Positions 18,253 to 27,746 of a DNA stretch of 27,830 nt are shown piece by piece (positions within the stretch are counted from its first letter, which is position 1; the number at the start of each line of letters is the position of its first letter). The stretch is taken from assembly GCA_033763455.1 (NCBI GenBank), contig JANRKO010000037.1, forward strand, positions 1-27,830, given 5' to 3'. Origin of the DNA: Polyangiaceae bacterium. GTDB taxonomy: Bacteria > Myxococcota_A > Polyangia > Polyangiales > Polyangiaceae. The translations under genes were made by a program, and so were the position numbers. Under the pieces are notes generated by a model. The model was not told the DNA's origin, made no database searches, and worked only from the letters and a program-made list of their open reading frames with translations.

Positions 18253-19413
18253 GTGCGCCTTTTTTTCGCTTGCCGCTTCTCGTTGGCTCTGGCCCTGGGG
18301 CTTTCGAGCCTAGGTTGCGGCGAGCCCATCGCGGACGATCTCGACTTCGACCGCCAAGCCGTGCCGATCTTCCGAAGCACGGCCCGGCCAGAGGCCCCGC
18401 CACCGCCCAAGGAACTGCGCGTCATGGCCTGGAACATCAAATATGGCGCGGCTCGTATAGATTTCTGGTTTGACCTTTGGGGGGACCGGGTGCACATGCA
18501 GCGTGCCGAGGTTGAGGGGAATTTGTCGCGGATCTACGCACTAATCCGCGAGGTAGATCCTGATGTGCTGGTGACCGAAGAGATCGAGGTGAATTCCCAG
18601 CGCTCGGCCTATGTGGACATGGTGCAGGGGATCCTGAACCACACTTCCCTTGGGTATGCCGCATACATCCAGACATGGAATAGTCGCTACGTGCCTTCCG
18701 AGGGGCTCGGCCGCATGGACATGGGTAATGCGATTTTTTCTAAGTACCCCATTTTATCCGCGGAGCGCATTCGCCAAGTCGACCGCACGGATATCGATGC
18801 GCTCACCCGTATGTTCTACCTGCATCGCATGGTGGGCCGCGCCGTGATCGATGTGGGCCGTGCCCAACCGCTGGCAGCCTACGTGGTTCACACGGAGGCT
18901 TACGACAAAGATGGCACCAAAGGGCGGCACATACAGCAGATTTTCGATCTGCTCTCTGCGGAGACCTTGCCCTTCGTGATCGGAGGGGATTTCAACGAGC
19001 TGCCCCCTCGGGCTGTGAAGCTGAGCAACTTTCCGGATGAGAACCCGCGCGCGAAAGGTACGGACTACGAGCAGCCGCCATACGTTCCGGCCCAAATGCA
19101 GAAATTCTACGACAACTTTGAGCCTGCCATTCCGCTCTCCGAGTACGGCGACACAGAAGAGCTTCAGCGCAAGTATTTCAGCCATTCGGTGATTGGTCCG
19201 GCCACGAACGGCACCGATGGTAAGCCTGGCTTTTGGAATCGGACCTTGGACTATTTGTTTGCTTCCAAGGGGCAAACCTGGGCCACGGGCAAAAGCGATG
19301 TGCTGCAGACGAGCGGGCGCCAGGGCATAAGCGCCGATCCATTGTATCTGAGTGACCACGCGCCGGTCGTGGGAACACTGCAGTTGGATGCCAGCCCAGA
19401 GGGGACTCCGTGA
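18253..19413 (+). CDS. Endonuclease/exonuclease/phosphatase (EEP) family lipoprotein
   Basis: Lipobox SLGC and motifs MAWNIK, DVLVTEE, GNAIFSKYP, VVHT, GGDFN, LDYLF and SDH. Start is likely GTG 18253 or ATG 18217; the ORF-track start at 18100 overlaps the GMC gene. Confidence 0.9.
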   Translation: MRLFFACRFSLALALGLSSLGCGEPIADDLDFDRQAVPIFRSTARPEAPPPPKELRVMAWNIKYGAARIDFWFDLWGDRVHMQRAEVEGNLSRIYALIREVDPDVLVTEEIEVNSQRSAYVDMVQGILNHTSLGYAAYIQTWNSRYVPSEGLGRMDMGNAIFSKYPILSAERIRQVDRTDIDALTRMFYLHRMVGRAVIDVGRAQPLAAYVVHTEAYDKDGTKGRHIQQIFDLLSAETLPFVIGGDFNELPPRAVKLSNFPDENPRAKGTDYEQPPYVPAQMQKFYDNFEPAIPLSEYGDTEELQRKYFSHSVIGPATNGTDGKPGFWNRTLDYLFASKGQTWATGKSDVLQTSGRQGISADPLYLSDHAPVVGTLQLDASPEGTP

Positions 19414-20342
19414 AGGTGCGAACGGTCAGCTGCGGGGCGTTGTTGCTAATTTTTGCACTGAGCCGAAGTGCGTTTGGGGGCACCTTTGTCGCTGTGAAAG
19501 CACCTAAGCGAACGTCTCCCGGTGCGGCTCCCGCGGAAGAATTGGTGCAAGATGGCACCGCAGCGCTACTGCCCAAAGGTCGAGCCTTGCTGCGCGTTAC
19601 GGGTGAGTCCCGCTACGGTTTGACGCCGCGTTTCGAGCTCCGGAGTACGCTGGGCGCGTGGCTCATGCTTGTGCCGAATGTCGATCTTCGCGAGCGGGTC
19701 TACGTTTCAAAGGATTTGTTGGTTTCAACGGACTACGGGTTCTCGATTCCGAGTTTCAGCACGCGGCTGCTTTCGGGCTACCTTTTCCCGACCAATGAAG
19801 TTACCGGAGAAGCGCTGGGCTTTGCCATCGTGCCGCACCTTGGCATCAAGCTCACCGTGCCAATCGTGTTTTTGCCACGTCAGGGCTCTGAGTTCGGCAC
19901 CTCGCGCCCGGGTAGAAGAGCCTGGTTGACGAGTGCTCTCGATATTCGCGGCAGAATCTCGGCCGGAGGCCGCATGCCTACCTCGCTGGATACTTACGCC
20001 CCGATTGAGCTTGCGTACGCCCCGTACACCACCGGTTACCGAACGAGCGCCAGCGTGACGTACAAATCGCCCATGAGCGAGAACACACGCCTGGATATAG
20101 CCCTGCTCGCCGATCGCACCGGCAAGAGGAGTGAAGGTTTGCTCTCACCTTTGTTCTTGGGTGGTCGTGTGGAGCTGCAGATGAACCTGAGCGCCACGTT
20201 TGCTTTCACGTTTGGGGCCACGGTGTACAATTATGACCAAGGGGCCACGCGTATTCGCATCGGGAATGATGGCGTGGCTAAGCGAGAACGCATCCGCCAG
20301 ACGGACCTTTACCCGAGCGCGGATCTGGCGTGGCTGTTCTAA
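19410..20342 (+). CDS. Hypothetical exported protein, probable outer-membrane beta-barrel
   Basis: GTGA overlap with the EEP gene. Signal peptide, TAALLPKG followed by amphipathic beta-strand-like segments, and an aromatic C-terminus ADLAWLF. Confidence 0.6.
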   Translation: MKVRTVSCGALLLIFALSRSAFGGTFVAVKAPKRTSPGAAPAEELVQDGTAALLPKGRALLRVTGESRYGLTPRFELRSTLGAWLMLVPNVDLRERVYVSKDLLVSTDYGFSIPSFSTRLLSGYLFPTNEVTGEALGFAIVPHLGIKLTVPIVFLPRQGSEFGTSRPGRRAWLTSALDIRGRISAGGRMPTSLDTYAPIELAYAPYTTGYRTSASVTYKSPMSENTRLDIALLADRTGKRSEGLLSPLFLGGRVELQMNLSATFAFTFGATVYNYDQGATRIRIGNDGVAKRERIRQTDLYPSADLAWLF

Positions 20343-20411
20343 GTTGCCTTAAATACAGCTAGAAAACTTCGAAGCACGGTTCGCCATAAAAGCGTGTACT
20401 CTTGCGTGGCT

Positions 20412-21590
20412 ATGGCACAAACGAGCGCGGGCTTAGTTGCGGGGGTGTTTGGTTTGATCTTGATCGGAGGGTGTTCCACAAGTTCCAGCTCAGGGGGCAA
20501 TCCGAGCGTGGGGAGCGGTGGCGCCCAAGCGGCGGCGGGCGGGGCCCAAGCGGCTTCTGGTGGCAAAGCAAGCCAAGTCGGAGGAGCGGTGAGTGCCGCA
20601 GGAGGAGCGGTGAATACCTCGGGAGGGGTTGGAAATGGCACAGGGGGCTCAGTAAGCGCGGCGGGCGGCTCAACAGCGAGCGCCGCTTCAGGTTCTTACT
20701 TTCCGGCGGGTACGCCTTGGACCACCGATGTTTCTCAGGCCCCCGTCGATCCTACGAGCGGTGCGATTATCGGTTGGCTCAATCAGCAGGGCTTTGGGAC
20801 CGGGCAGATGCGCATCGATTTTTCGATCGAGGTGCTAATGGCGGACGCCACCACCCCCCAACAATCCTTCCAACCTACGAAGGATTTTTTCTCTCCAGAT
20901 TGCGATCAAGCGGCCATTCCGATCCCCGTGGGCGGGAATTTGGAGGGCGAAACAGGTTACCAATGCACAACGGACGGGGATTGCCACCTGATTGTCGTCG
21001 ACCGTGGAGCTTCGAAGCTTTATGAAATGTGGCGTGCCAATATTGTCGGGCAAGCTTTCATGGGTGGTTGCTTGGCCGTGTGGGACCTGAGCCGCGTCTA
21101 TGGCCCGAAAGGAAGAGGGGAGGGGTGTACGAGCGCAGATGCGGCGGGTTATCCGATTGCACCACTTTTGTTTTCGGCAGATGAAGTGAAGGCTGGTGCG
21201 ATTGAGCACGCAATCCGCTTTATTTTGCCGAATTCCAGCATCCGAGCGAACGAATACGTTCACCCAGCAACGCACACCACGATGGCGGCTTCTGGCCCAA
21301 GCACCGCCCCACCGTACGGCGCGCGCCTCAGGTTACGGGCTGATTACCCGCTGGCCAATTTGCCAAGCGAAGGAGCGCGCGTGGTCGCGAGGGCTCTTCA
21401 AAAGTACGGAATGCTGTTAGCCGATGGGGGCAATATCGCACTCACGGCCCAGAGCGACGTTCATACGCAGGCAAAGTGGGACGGGTTGCTCGATTCGCGC
21501 GATCTGATCGCCATCACACCGGGCGATTTCGAGGTGATGACCCTGGGCCCCACGTTCCCGCTTTCGGGCGATTGCGTGCGCGAGCCGTGA
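20412..21590 (+). CDS. Lipoprotein of unknown function (Gly-rich linker + conserved-looking domain)
   Basis: Lipobox IGGC and GGAQAA repeats, then a domain with GDCHLIVVD, LYEMW, SADAAG, IEHAIRF, PPYGARLRL and ALQKYGMLLADGG. Confidence 0.75.
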   Translation: MAQTSAGLVAGVFGLILIGGCSTSSSSGGNPSVGSGGAQAAAGGAQAASGGKASQVGGAVSAAGGAVNTSGGVGNGTGGSVSAAGGSTASAASGSYFPAGTPWTTDVSQAPVDPTSGAIIGWLNQQGFGTGQMRIDFSIEVLMADATTPQQSFQPTKDFFSPDCDQAAIPIPVGGNLEGETGYQCTTDGDCHLIVVDRGASKLYEMWRANIVGQAFMGGCLAVWDLSRVYGPKGRGEGCTSADAAGYPIAPLLFSADEVKAGAIEHAIRFILPNSSIRANEYVHPATHTTMAASGPSTAPPYGARLRLRADYPLANLPSEGARVVARALQKYGMLLADGGNIALTAQSDVHTQAKWDGLLDSRDLIAITPGDFEVMTLGPTFPLSGDCVREP

Positions 21591-21591
21591 G

Positions 21592-22419
21592 TCAGAAAGC
21601 GCTGCGGTACCACTCCAACACGAGCTCACACGTTCGTTCGGGGGCTTGATCATGCGGCTTGTGCCCGATGCCGGGCATTGAGTAGTGCCGAATATTGGCG
21701 GGAAGTGGCCGTAGGCTCTCCAACACAGCATCCGGGAGGATCCCGCCCGCCTTAGGATCGCCCTGGATGAGGAGGGTGGGCATGGGCAAGCTTAGGAGGG
21801 CCGGGCCGAGATCGATGGCGGTGACCTGGCCGGCCAGGGCGCAGCGTAGCACCGCGGGATCGAGCTGAAAAAGTGTTTCGGATTTGTAGATAACTTGAAA
21901 CGGCGAAAGATCCCCTCGGGCTGCCAACGCGTGGCTGATCTCAGCCTCACTCAGGTCGGACTCTGCCAATGAAAGCCAGAAGTCGAATACCGATGGCTTC
22001 GTGCTCGGCGGGGCCTTGGTGAGAGGCGGATCTTCCAAGATCACGCCGCCCGCTAAATCCGGCTGTTCTGACAGCAGGTAGAGCGTAACCGCCGCTCCCA
22101 GAGATTGCCCCCAAACGATCGCGCCCGGGCCCGTCACGTTCCGCAAGAACGCGCTCAAGTCACCTGCATAGTCGGCCAACGCGTAGTTGGGAGTCTGGCG
22201 CCCTGATTGACCATGCCCTCGCTGATCGAGCGCGAACACATGGAAGTGTTGCGTGAGTTCAGGCAGCACCTTGATGAACGAATCGCGGCGGCCGCTGAGC
22301 CCATGCACGAGAACCAGCTTGGGGCCGTTCGCGGGACCCTCAGAATAGGCGAGCGGCGGAGTTCCGGCTTGGTACGTCTTCGGAGTAAGTCCCAGCGGTT
22401 CGAGATCGGCGAGCGACAT
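21592..22419 (-). CDS. Alpha/beta hydrolase
   Basis: LVHG, DQRGHGQS, nucleophile GQSLG, LEDPP and GHKPH. Confidence 0.92.
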   Translation of the reverse strand: MSLADLEPLGLTPKTYQAGTPPLAYSEGPANGPKLVLVHGLSGRRDSFIKVLPELTQHFHVFALDQRGHGQSGRQTPNYALADYAGDLSAFLRNVTGPGAIVWGQSLGAAVTLYLLSEQPDLAGGVILEDPPLTKAPPSTKPSVFDFWLSLAESDLSEAEISHALAARGDLSPFQVIYKSETLFQLDPAVLRCALAGQVTAIDLGPALLSLPMPTLLIQGDPKAGGILPDAVLESLRPLPANIRHYSMPGIGHKPHDQAPERTCELVLEWYRSAF

Positions 22420-22638
22420 GCGCCGCTCATACCCGCGTACAGGGCGCCGAACAACGTTGCGGGCGGTGCGTCCTTGCTCAGGCTACCGGCTGGCGGCGAT
22501 TGATCGCGACTGCGAGGCCCCGTGGGCCGGGCCTGGGGTTCGCGGCTTCGCCAAGATGGCCCCAACGGTTGGATTACGCCCTGGTACGCGGCCCCGGGTT
22601 GCCGCGCCGCGCCTGAGGCACGTACCATCTGCGATCCG

Positions 22639-25074
22639 GTGGATAAGAAGGCTCTTTCAGAGCGGGACGTTTGCACCAAGTTCATCACTCCGGCAATTGC
22701 CAAGGGCGGGTGGGACGTGCAGGCGCAGGTCCGCGAGAACGTTTACCTGACGAAAGGGCGGGTGATCGTGCGCGGCAAGCTGGTTTCGCGCGGCACGGCG
22801 AAGTTTGCCGACTACGTGCTGTACGCCAAACCGAACGCCAACATTCCGCTGGCCATCCTTGAGGCTAAGGACAACAACCACGCCATCGGTGATGGCATGC
22901 AGCAGGGCCTCGCATATGCCGACATGCTCGATGTTCCGTTCGTGTTCTCCTCGAATGGCGATGGATTCTTGTTCCACGACCGCACGGGCCAAGGGCCTGA
23001 AGTTGAACAGCAGCTATCGCTCGATCAGTTTCCATCACCCGATGAGCTGTGGCGGCGCTACTGCACGTGGAAGACGCTAACGCCCGAGTCCGAGTCGATT
23101 GTCACCCAGGATTATTACTCCGACGGCGGTGGCAAAGCGCCCCGGTATTATCAGGTGAACGCTATTAACCGCGTGATTGAAGCCGCGGCCAAGGGGCAGA
23201 ATCGCATCTTGCTCGTGATGGCAACCGGCACGGGCAAGACTTACACAGCGTTTCAGATCATCTGGCGCCTGTGGAAGGCAGGGGTAAAAAAACGGATCTT
23301 GTTTCTGGCCGACCGCAACATCCTGGTCGACCAGACCAAGACGAACGATTTCAAGCCCTTCGCCGGGGCGATGACCAAGATCACCCATCGCAAGGTCGAC
23401 AAATCATTTGAGATCTATCTAGCTCTGTATCAGGCTATTTCAGGCACCGACGAAGAGAGTGACCTTTTCCGGCAGTTTTCGCCGGATTTCTTCGATCTCA
23501 TCATCGTGGATGAGTGCCACCGCGGCAGTGCCAGCGAAAACTCCGCCTGGCGCTCCGTGCTGGATTATTTCTCGGCGGCCACCCAAGTTGGGCTCACAGC
23601 AACCCCGAAGGAAACGGCCGACGTTTCGACCACGCACTACTTCGGCGAGCCTGTTTACACGTACTCTTTGAAGCAGGGTATCGAGGACGGCTTCCTCGCT
23701 CCCTACAAGGTCGTGCGCATCGATCTGGACAAGGACTTGGCCGGGTGGCGCCCCGAGAAGGGCAAGCTCGACAAGCACGGCGAAGAAATCGAAGACCGCA
23801 TCTACAACCAGCGCGACTTCGACCGCACGATGGTGCTCGAGAAGCGCACGGAGGTTGTTGCCAAGAAAGTGACGCAATTTCTCGCGGAAACGAACCGCTA
23901 CGATAAAACGATCGTCTTCTGCGAAGACATTGACCACGCCGAACGCATGCGCGTGGCGCTCGTTAACGCCAACCCGGAACTTGCCGCCAACAACCGCAAG
24001 TATGTGATGCGGATCACAGGCGACAACCCCGAGGGCAAGGCCGAGCTCGACAACTTCATCCACCCCGAGGAACGCTACCCCGTCATCGTTACGACGTCGA
24101 AGTTGATGACCACGGGCGTCGACTGCAAGACCTGCAAAGTTATTGTGCTCGATCAAACGATCCGCTCAATGACGGAGTTTAAGCAGATCATCGGTCGCGG
24201 CACGCGCATCGAGGAAGATTTCGGCAAGCTCTACTTCACCATCCTCGATTTCCGAAAGGCTACCGAGCTTTTTGCCGATCCAGACTTCGACGGCGATCCC
24301 GTGCAAATCTATAACCCAAAGGATGACGGCCCGATCGCGCCTCCCGATGTCGACTCAGCGGTTGACGGCGGCGATGGGATTGACGGTCAAGATCCGTCGG
24401 CAGCCGGCCCCGATGGCTTGCTCGCTCCTGGCATTGAAGGTGCGCCCGGAGGTAATTTCGCACCTACAGGTTTCGGAAGCGCAGACGACGCCTCGACCCC
24501 GGGTGGCAAGCGCGTTAAATATGTCGTCGCAGACGTGCCCGTGTACATCGTGGCCGAGCGCGTCCAGTATTACGGCAAGGACGGCAAGCTCATCACTGAA
24601 TCGCTCCGCGCCTACTCCAAGAACGCCATTCGTGAAAAGTACGCCAACCTGGACGCCTTCTTGAAAACCTGGAAAGCCAGCGACCGGAAGCAGGCCATCC
24701 TGAAAGAGCTGGAAGAGCACGGTGTGTTTTTCGAGGAATTGGCCAAAGACGTCGGGAAAGATCTCTCAGCATTCGATCTCGTCTGCCACGTGGCGTTCGA
24801 CCAGCCGGCACTCACGCGGAAAGAGCGCGCCAATAACGTGCGCAAGCGCGACTATTTCGCCAAATACGGAGACGCGGCCCGGGCCGTGCTGGAGGCTCTG
24901 CTCGACAAATTCGCGAACGAAGACGTCGATGACATCGAAAATATCGGCGTCCTCAAGGTCCAGCCGCTCACAACCCTTGGCACGCCGACCGAAATCATCC
25001 AAAGGTTCGGCAGCAAAGACGACTACCTCAAAGCCGTCCTCGACCTTGAGGACGAGCTGTTCAACGTTTCCTGA
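22639..25074 (+). CDS. hsdR: Type I restriction enzyme R subunit (EcoAI/EcoEI-like)
   Basis: Starts VDKKALSERDVCTKFITP (GTG 22639). Nuclease ADY..LEAK, Walker A ATGTGKT, DECHRG, GLTATP, QIIGRGTR and an EcoEI-R-like C-terminal region. Confidence 0.95.
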   Translation: MDKKALSERDVCTKFITPAIAKGGWDVQAQVRENVYLTKGRVIVRGKLVSRGTAKFADYVLYAKPNANIPLAILEAKDNNHAIGDGMQQGLAYADMLDVPFVFSSNGDGFLFHDRTGQGPEVEQQLSLDQFPSPDELWRRYCTWKTLTPESESIVTQDYYSDGGGKAPRYYQVNAINRVIEAAAKGQNRILLVMATGTGKTYTAFQIIWRLWKAGVKKRILFLADRNILVDQTKTNDFKPFAGAMTKITHRKVDKSFEIYLALYQAISGTDEESDLFRQFSPDFFDLIIVDECHRGSASENSAWRSVLDYFSAATQVGLTATPKETADVSTTHYFGEPVYTYSLKQGIEDGFLAPYKVVRIDLDKDLAGWRPEKGKLDKHGEEIEDRIYNQRDFDRTMVLEKRTEVVAKKVTQFLAETNRYDKTIVFCEDIDHAERMRVALVNANPELAANNRKYVMRITGDNPEGKAELDNFIHPEERYPVIVTTSKLMTTGVDCKTCKVIVLDQTIRSMTEFKQIIGRGTRIEEDFGKLYFTILDFRKATELFADPDFDGDPVQIYNPKDDGPIAPPDVDSAVDGGDGIDGQDPSAAGPDGLLAPGIEGAPGGNFAPTGFGSADDASTPGGKRVKYVVADVPVYIVAERVQYYGKDGKLITESLRAYSKNAIREKYANLDAFLKTWKASDRKQAILKELEEHGVFFEELAKDVGKDLSAFDLVCHVAFDQPALTRKERANNVRKRDYFAKYGDAARAVLEALLDKFANEDVDDIENIGVLKVQPLTTLGTPTEIIQRFGSKDDYLKAVLDLEDELFNVS

Positions 25075-25092
25075 GTTCGAGCATCAGCATCT

Positions 25093-26544
25093 ATGGCCAT
25101 CGGCACGACCATCAAGACCATCCAAGACATCATGCGCAAAGACGCAGGCGTGGATGGCGACGCCCAGCGCATCAGCCAGCTCGTTTGGATGATTTTCCTG
25201 AAAGTCTTCGACGACCACGAGACCCAGAAGGAGCTGCTAGAAGACAACTATCGCTCGCCGATCCCCGCGCGGCTGCGTTGGCGCAACTGGGCCAAGAACT
25301 CAGAGGGCATCACGGGAGATGAGCTGCTTGATTTCGTCAACAACGATCTGTTCAAGACGCTGAAAGAGCTGCCCATCACCGGCAAGAACGCCGCGATCTC
25401 GGGCGTGGTGCGCGGCGTGTTCGAAGATGCCTTCAACTACATGAAGTCCGGCACGTTGGTGCGCCAAGTCATCAACAAGCTGAACGAAGTAGATTTCAAC
25501 AAGAAGGCCGATCGCCACGAGTTTGGCGACATCTACGAAAAGCTGCTTTCCGACCTGCAAAGTGCCGGCAATGCAGGCGAATTCTACACGCCCCGCGCCG
25601 TAACCCAGTTCATCGTCGATCAGGTCGACCCCAAGCTCGGCGAAACGATTCTCGACCCCGCCTGCGGCACCGGCGGGTTCCTTACCTGCGCCATCGAACA
25701 CGTGCGCAAAAAGTACGTGAAAGATGCGGACGACGAAGAGAAGCTGCAAGCCAGCATCCGCGGCGTCGAGAAGAAGCCGCTACCTCACTTGCTCTGTGTT
25801 ACGAACATGATGTTTCACGGCATTGAGGTGCCGTCGAATATTCGCCACGACAACACGCTGGCCCGCCCCTTGCGCGACTACGGCCCGAAGGATCGCGTCG
25901 ACGTGATCGTCACGAATCCGCCCTTCGGTGGGATGGAAGAGGACGGCATTGAGAACAACTTCCCGGCCACCTTCCGGACTCGGGAAACGGCAGATTTGTT
26001 CTTGGTGTTGCTGATGAGCTTGCTCAAGCCCGATGGCCGCGCTGCGCTTGTTCTGCCGGATGGCACGCTGTTCGGCGAGGGGATCAAGACCCGCATCAAG
26101 GAAAAGCTGCTCGAAGAGTGCAATTTGCACACGATTGTGCGCCTGCCCAAGGGGGTGTTCGCGCCGTACACGAGCATTAAGACGAATTTACTGTTCTTCA
26201 CCAAGGGTGAGCCGACGAAGCACGTTTGGTTTTACGAGCACCCTTATCCTGAAGGTGCCAAGAGCTATTCGAAAACGAAGCCGATGCGCATCGAGGAATT
26301 CGCGCCCGAAAAGAAGTGGTGGAGCAAGCGCAAGGAGAACGACCAGGCTTGGAAGGTGTCGCTCGATGACATTAAGGCGCGTGGGTATAACCTGGATATT
26401 AAGAATCCGCGGGCAATTGATGATGGGCCAGGGGATGCGGATGAGTTGTTGCGGCAGTATCAGGAGGCTGCGGCGGAGGCGGCGCGGATTCGGGATCAGT
26501 TGCGGGATGAGTTGAGGGCGGCGCTAGAGGGGGGGCGGGCTTGA
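25093..26544 (+). CDS. hsdM: Type I R-M methyltransferase subunit (N6-adenine)
   Basis: IQDIMRKDAGVDGDAQR, GEFYTPR, motif I DPACGTGGFL and catalytic motif IV NPPF. Confidence 0.97.
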   Translation: MAIGTTIKTIQDIMRKDAGVDGDAQRISQLVWMIFLKVFDDHETQKELLEDNYRSPIPARLRWRNWAKNSEGITGDELLDFVNNDLFKTLKELPITGKNAAISGVVRGVFEDAFNYMKSGTLVRQVINKLNEVDFNKKADRHEFGDIYEKLLSDLQSAGNAGEFYTPRAVTQFIVDQVDPKLGETILDPACGTGGFLTCAIEHVRKKYVKDADDEEKLQASIRGVEKKPLPHLLCVTNMMFHGIEVPSNIRHDNTLARPLRDYGPKDRVDVIVTNPPFGGMEEDGIENNFPATFRTRETADLFLVLLMSLLKPDGRAALVLPDGTLFGEGIKTRIKEKLLEECNLHTIVRLPKGVFAPYTSIKTNLLFFTKGEPTKHVWFYEHPYPEGAKSYSKTKPMRIEEFAPEKKWWSKRKENDQAWKVSLDDIKARGYNLDIKNPRAIDDGPGDADELLRQYQEAAAEAARIRDQLRDELRAALEGGRA

Positions 26545-27746
26545 GCGCACAGACCTCGCTTTTCGGGGAGACCGAACCTAAGCGGAGGAACTCGAAGGTG
26601 CCGCCAAGGGTCGAGGAGAGCATCGACGGGAGCTTTGGCGTGAAGAAATTTGTTGAGAACTTCGGGGTCATTGTGGAGGCGGTCGGTGGCGTCGAACGAA
26701 TCCGTGATGCGATTCGCGATCTCGCTATCGTTGGAAAACTGACGGGGACCTTTGCGGAACGTGAAGATTGTTTGCCTCGCGGATGGATGTGGGCGACGCC
26801 GGACGAACTCTGCGCGCCGCACCGCCACGCGCTCGCAATCGGCCCTTTCGGGAGCAACCTCCTCAAAGAGGACTATACGGATTCGGGAGTGCCGCTCGTC
26901 TTCGTCCGAGACATTACGTCCCGGAGTTTCGGCGGCGAGAGAACGCGGTATGTGACTCCGAAGAAGGCGGCGGACCTCGGCGCGCATCGCGTGGAGCCGG
27001 GAGATCTTCTGATCACCAAGATGGGGAGTCCACCAGGAGACACCGCCATCTATCCTGCGACGCGACCACCGGCGATCATCACGGCCGACTGCATCAAGCT
27101 CACGCCAAATACGACCATCACGTGTTCGGAATTCCTTGAGATTGTTGTTCGGGCCGGATCCGTTCGGGAGAAGCTTCTTGAGATCACAATGGGAGTCGCC
27201 CATCAGAAGGTGAGCCTGAAGAGGTTTCGCGTCGTGAAGTTTCCCCTTCCCCCCCTCGCCGAGCAGAAGCGCATCGTCGCCCGAGTCGACCAGCTCATGG
27301 CGCTCATCGACGACCTCGAAGCCAAGCAGACCAAGAAGCGCAAGCTCAGCACCCGCTTCACCAAGGCCTCCCTGGAAGCCCTAACCACCGCCGAGTCCCC
27401 CGAAGAGTTCGACACCGCATGGCAGCGCGTGGTCGAGAACTTCCCAACCGTGGCGGACAGCAGCGACAAGGTGAGCGCGTTGCGGCGATGCGTTCGGACA
27501 CTAGCGGTCCAGGGTTTGCTGAAGACGCAGAGTGCTCACGACGAACCGGCCAAAGAGCTCCTTCAGCGTTTGGCCACATCCAAAAAGACACCCGCGAGTT
27601 CGGCTGAGGCGATAGCTGGGCTCGATCGACCGCTCCCGCCGCTCTGGTCTTGGGCTCGTTTTGATGAGGTGGCGGTCATTGCGTCTAATCTAGTTCTCAT
27701 CCAGAAACGGCAAGAGCTCGAAAATAAAGCTGTTCTTGATGGTTAA
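26541..27746 (+). CDS. hsdS: Type I R-M specificity subunit, apparently truncated after one complete TRD
   Basis: Overlaps the hsdM stop. LPRGWMWA, TRD1 (IGPFGSNL..GVPLV..GDLLITKMG) and the conserved PLPPLAEQKRIVARVDQLM helix. A second LPPLWSWARFDEV then stops ~25 aa later, with no second TRD or second PLPPL block. Confidence 0.85.
   Translation: MSAQTSLFGETEPKRRNSKVPPRVEESIDGSFGVKKFVENFGVIVEAVGGVERIRDAIRDLAIVGKLTGTFAEREDCLPRGWMWATPDELCAPHRHALAIGPFGSNLLKEDYTDSGVPLVFVRDITSRSFGGERTRYVTPKKAADLGAHRVEPGDLLITKMGSPPGDTAIYPATRPPAIITADCIKLTPNTTITCSEFLEIVVRAGSVREKLLEITMGVAHQKVSLKRFRVVKFPLPPLAEQKRIVARVDQLMALIDDLEAKQTKKRKLSTRFTKASLEALTTAESPEEFDTAWQRVVENFPTVADSSDKVSALRRCVRTLAVQGLLKTQSAHDEPAKELLQRLATSKKTPASSAEAIAGLDRPLPPLWSWARFDEVAVIASNLVLIQKRQELENKAVLDG

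Noticed and set aside
20518..20615. Short duplications GCCCAAGCGGC x2 and GGAGGAGCGGTGA x2
   Set aside because: These are in-frame linker duplications (GGAQAA, GGAV), not CRISPR or regulatory repeats.
22420..22638. GC-rich intergenic hairpins as an ncRNA or terminator, and the longer hsdR start at 22522
   Set aside because: Only short GC stems without a U-tract are present, and HsdR-like sequence begins at GTG 22639.
24320..24510. Low-complexity D/G/P segment in HsdR as an intein or insertion
   Set aside because: It corresponds to the variable acidic linker before the C-terminal domain and has no intein motifs.
26529..27255. G7 and C7 homopolymers as phase-variation tracts
   Set aside because: Seven-base runs are short and expected in high-GC DNA, and the reading frames are intact.
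254..27607. Numerous overlapping alternative-frame and antisense ORFs (e.g. 782-1411, 10550-11278, 12643-13386, 23440-24156, 26496-27203)
   Set aside because: They are shadow ORFs of high-GC coding regions, overlap well-supported genes, and have no recognisable motifs.
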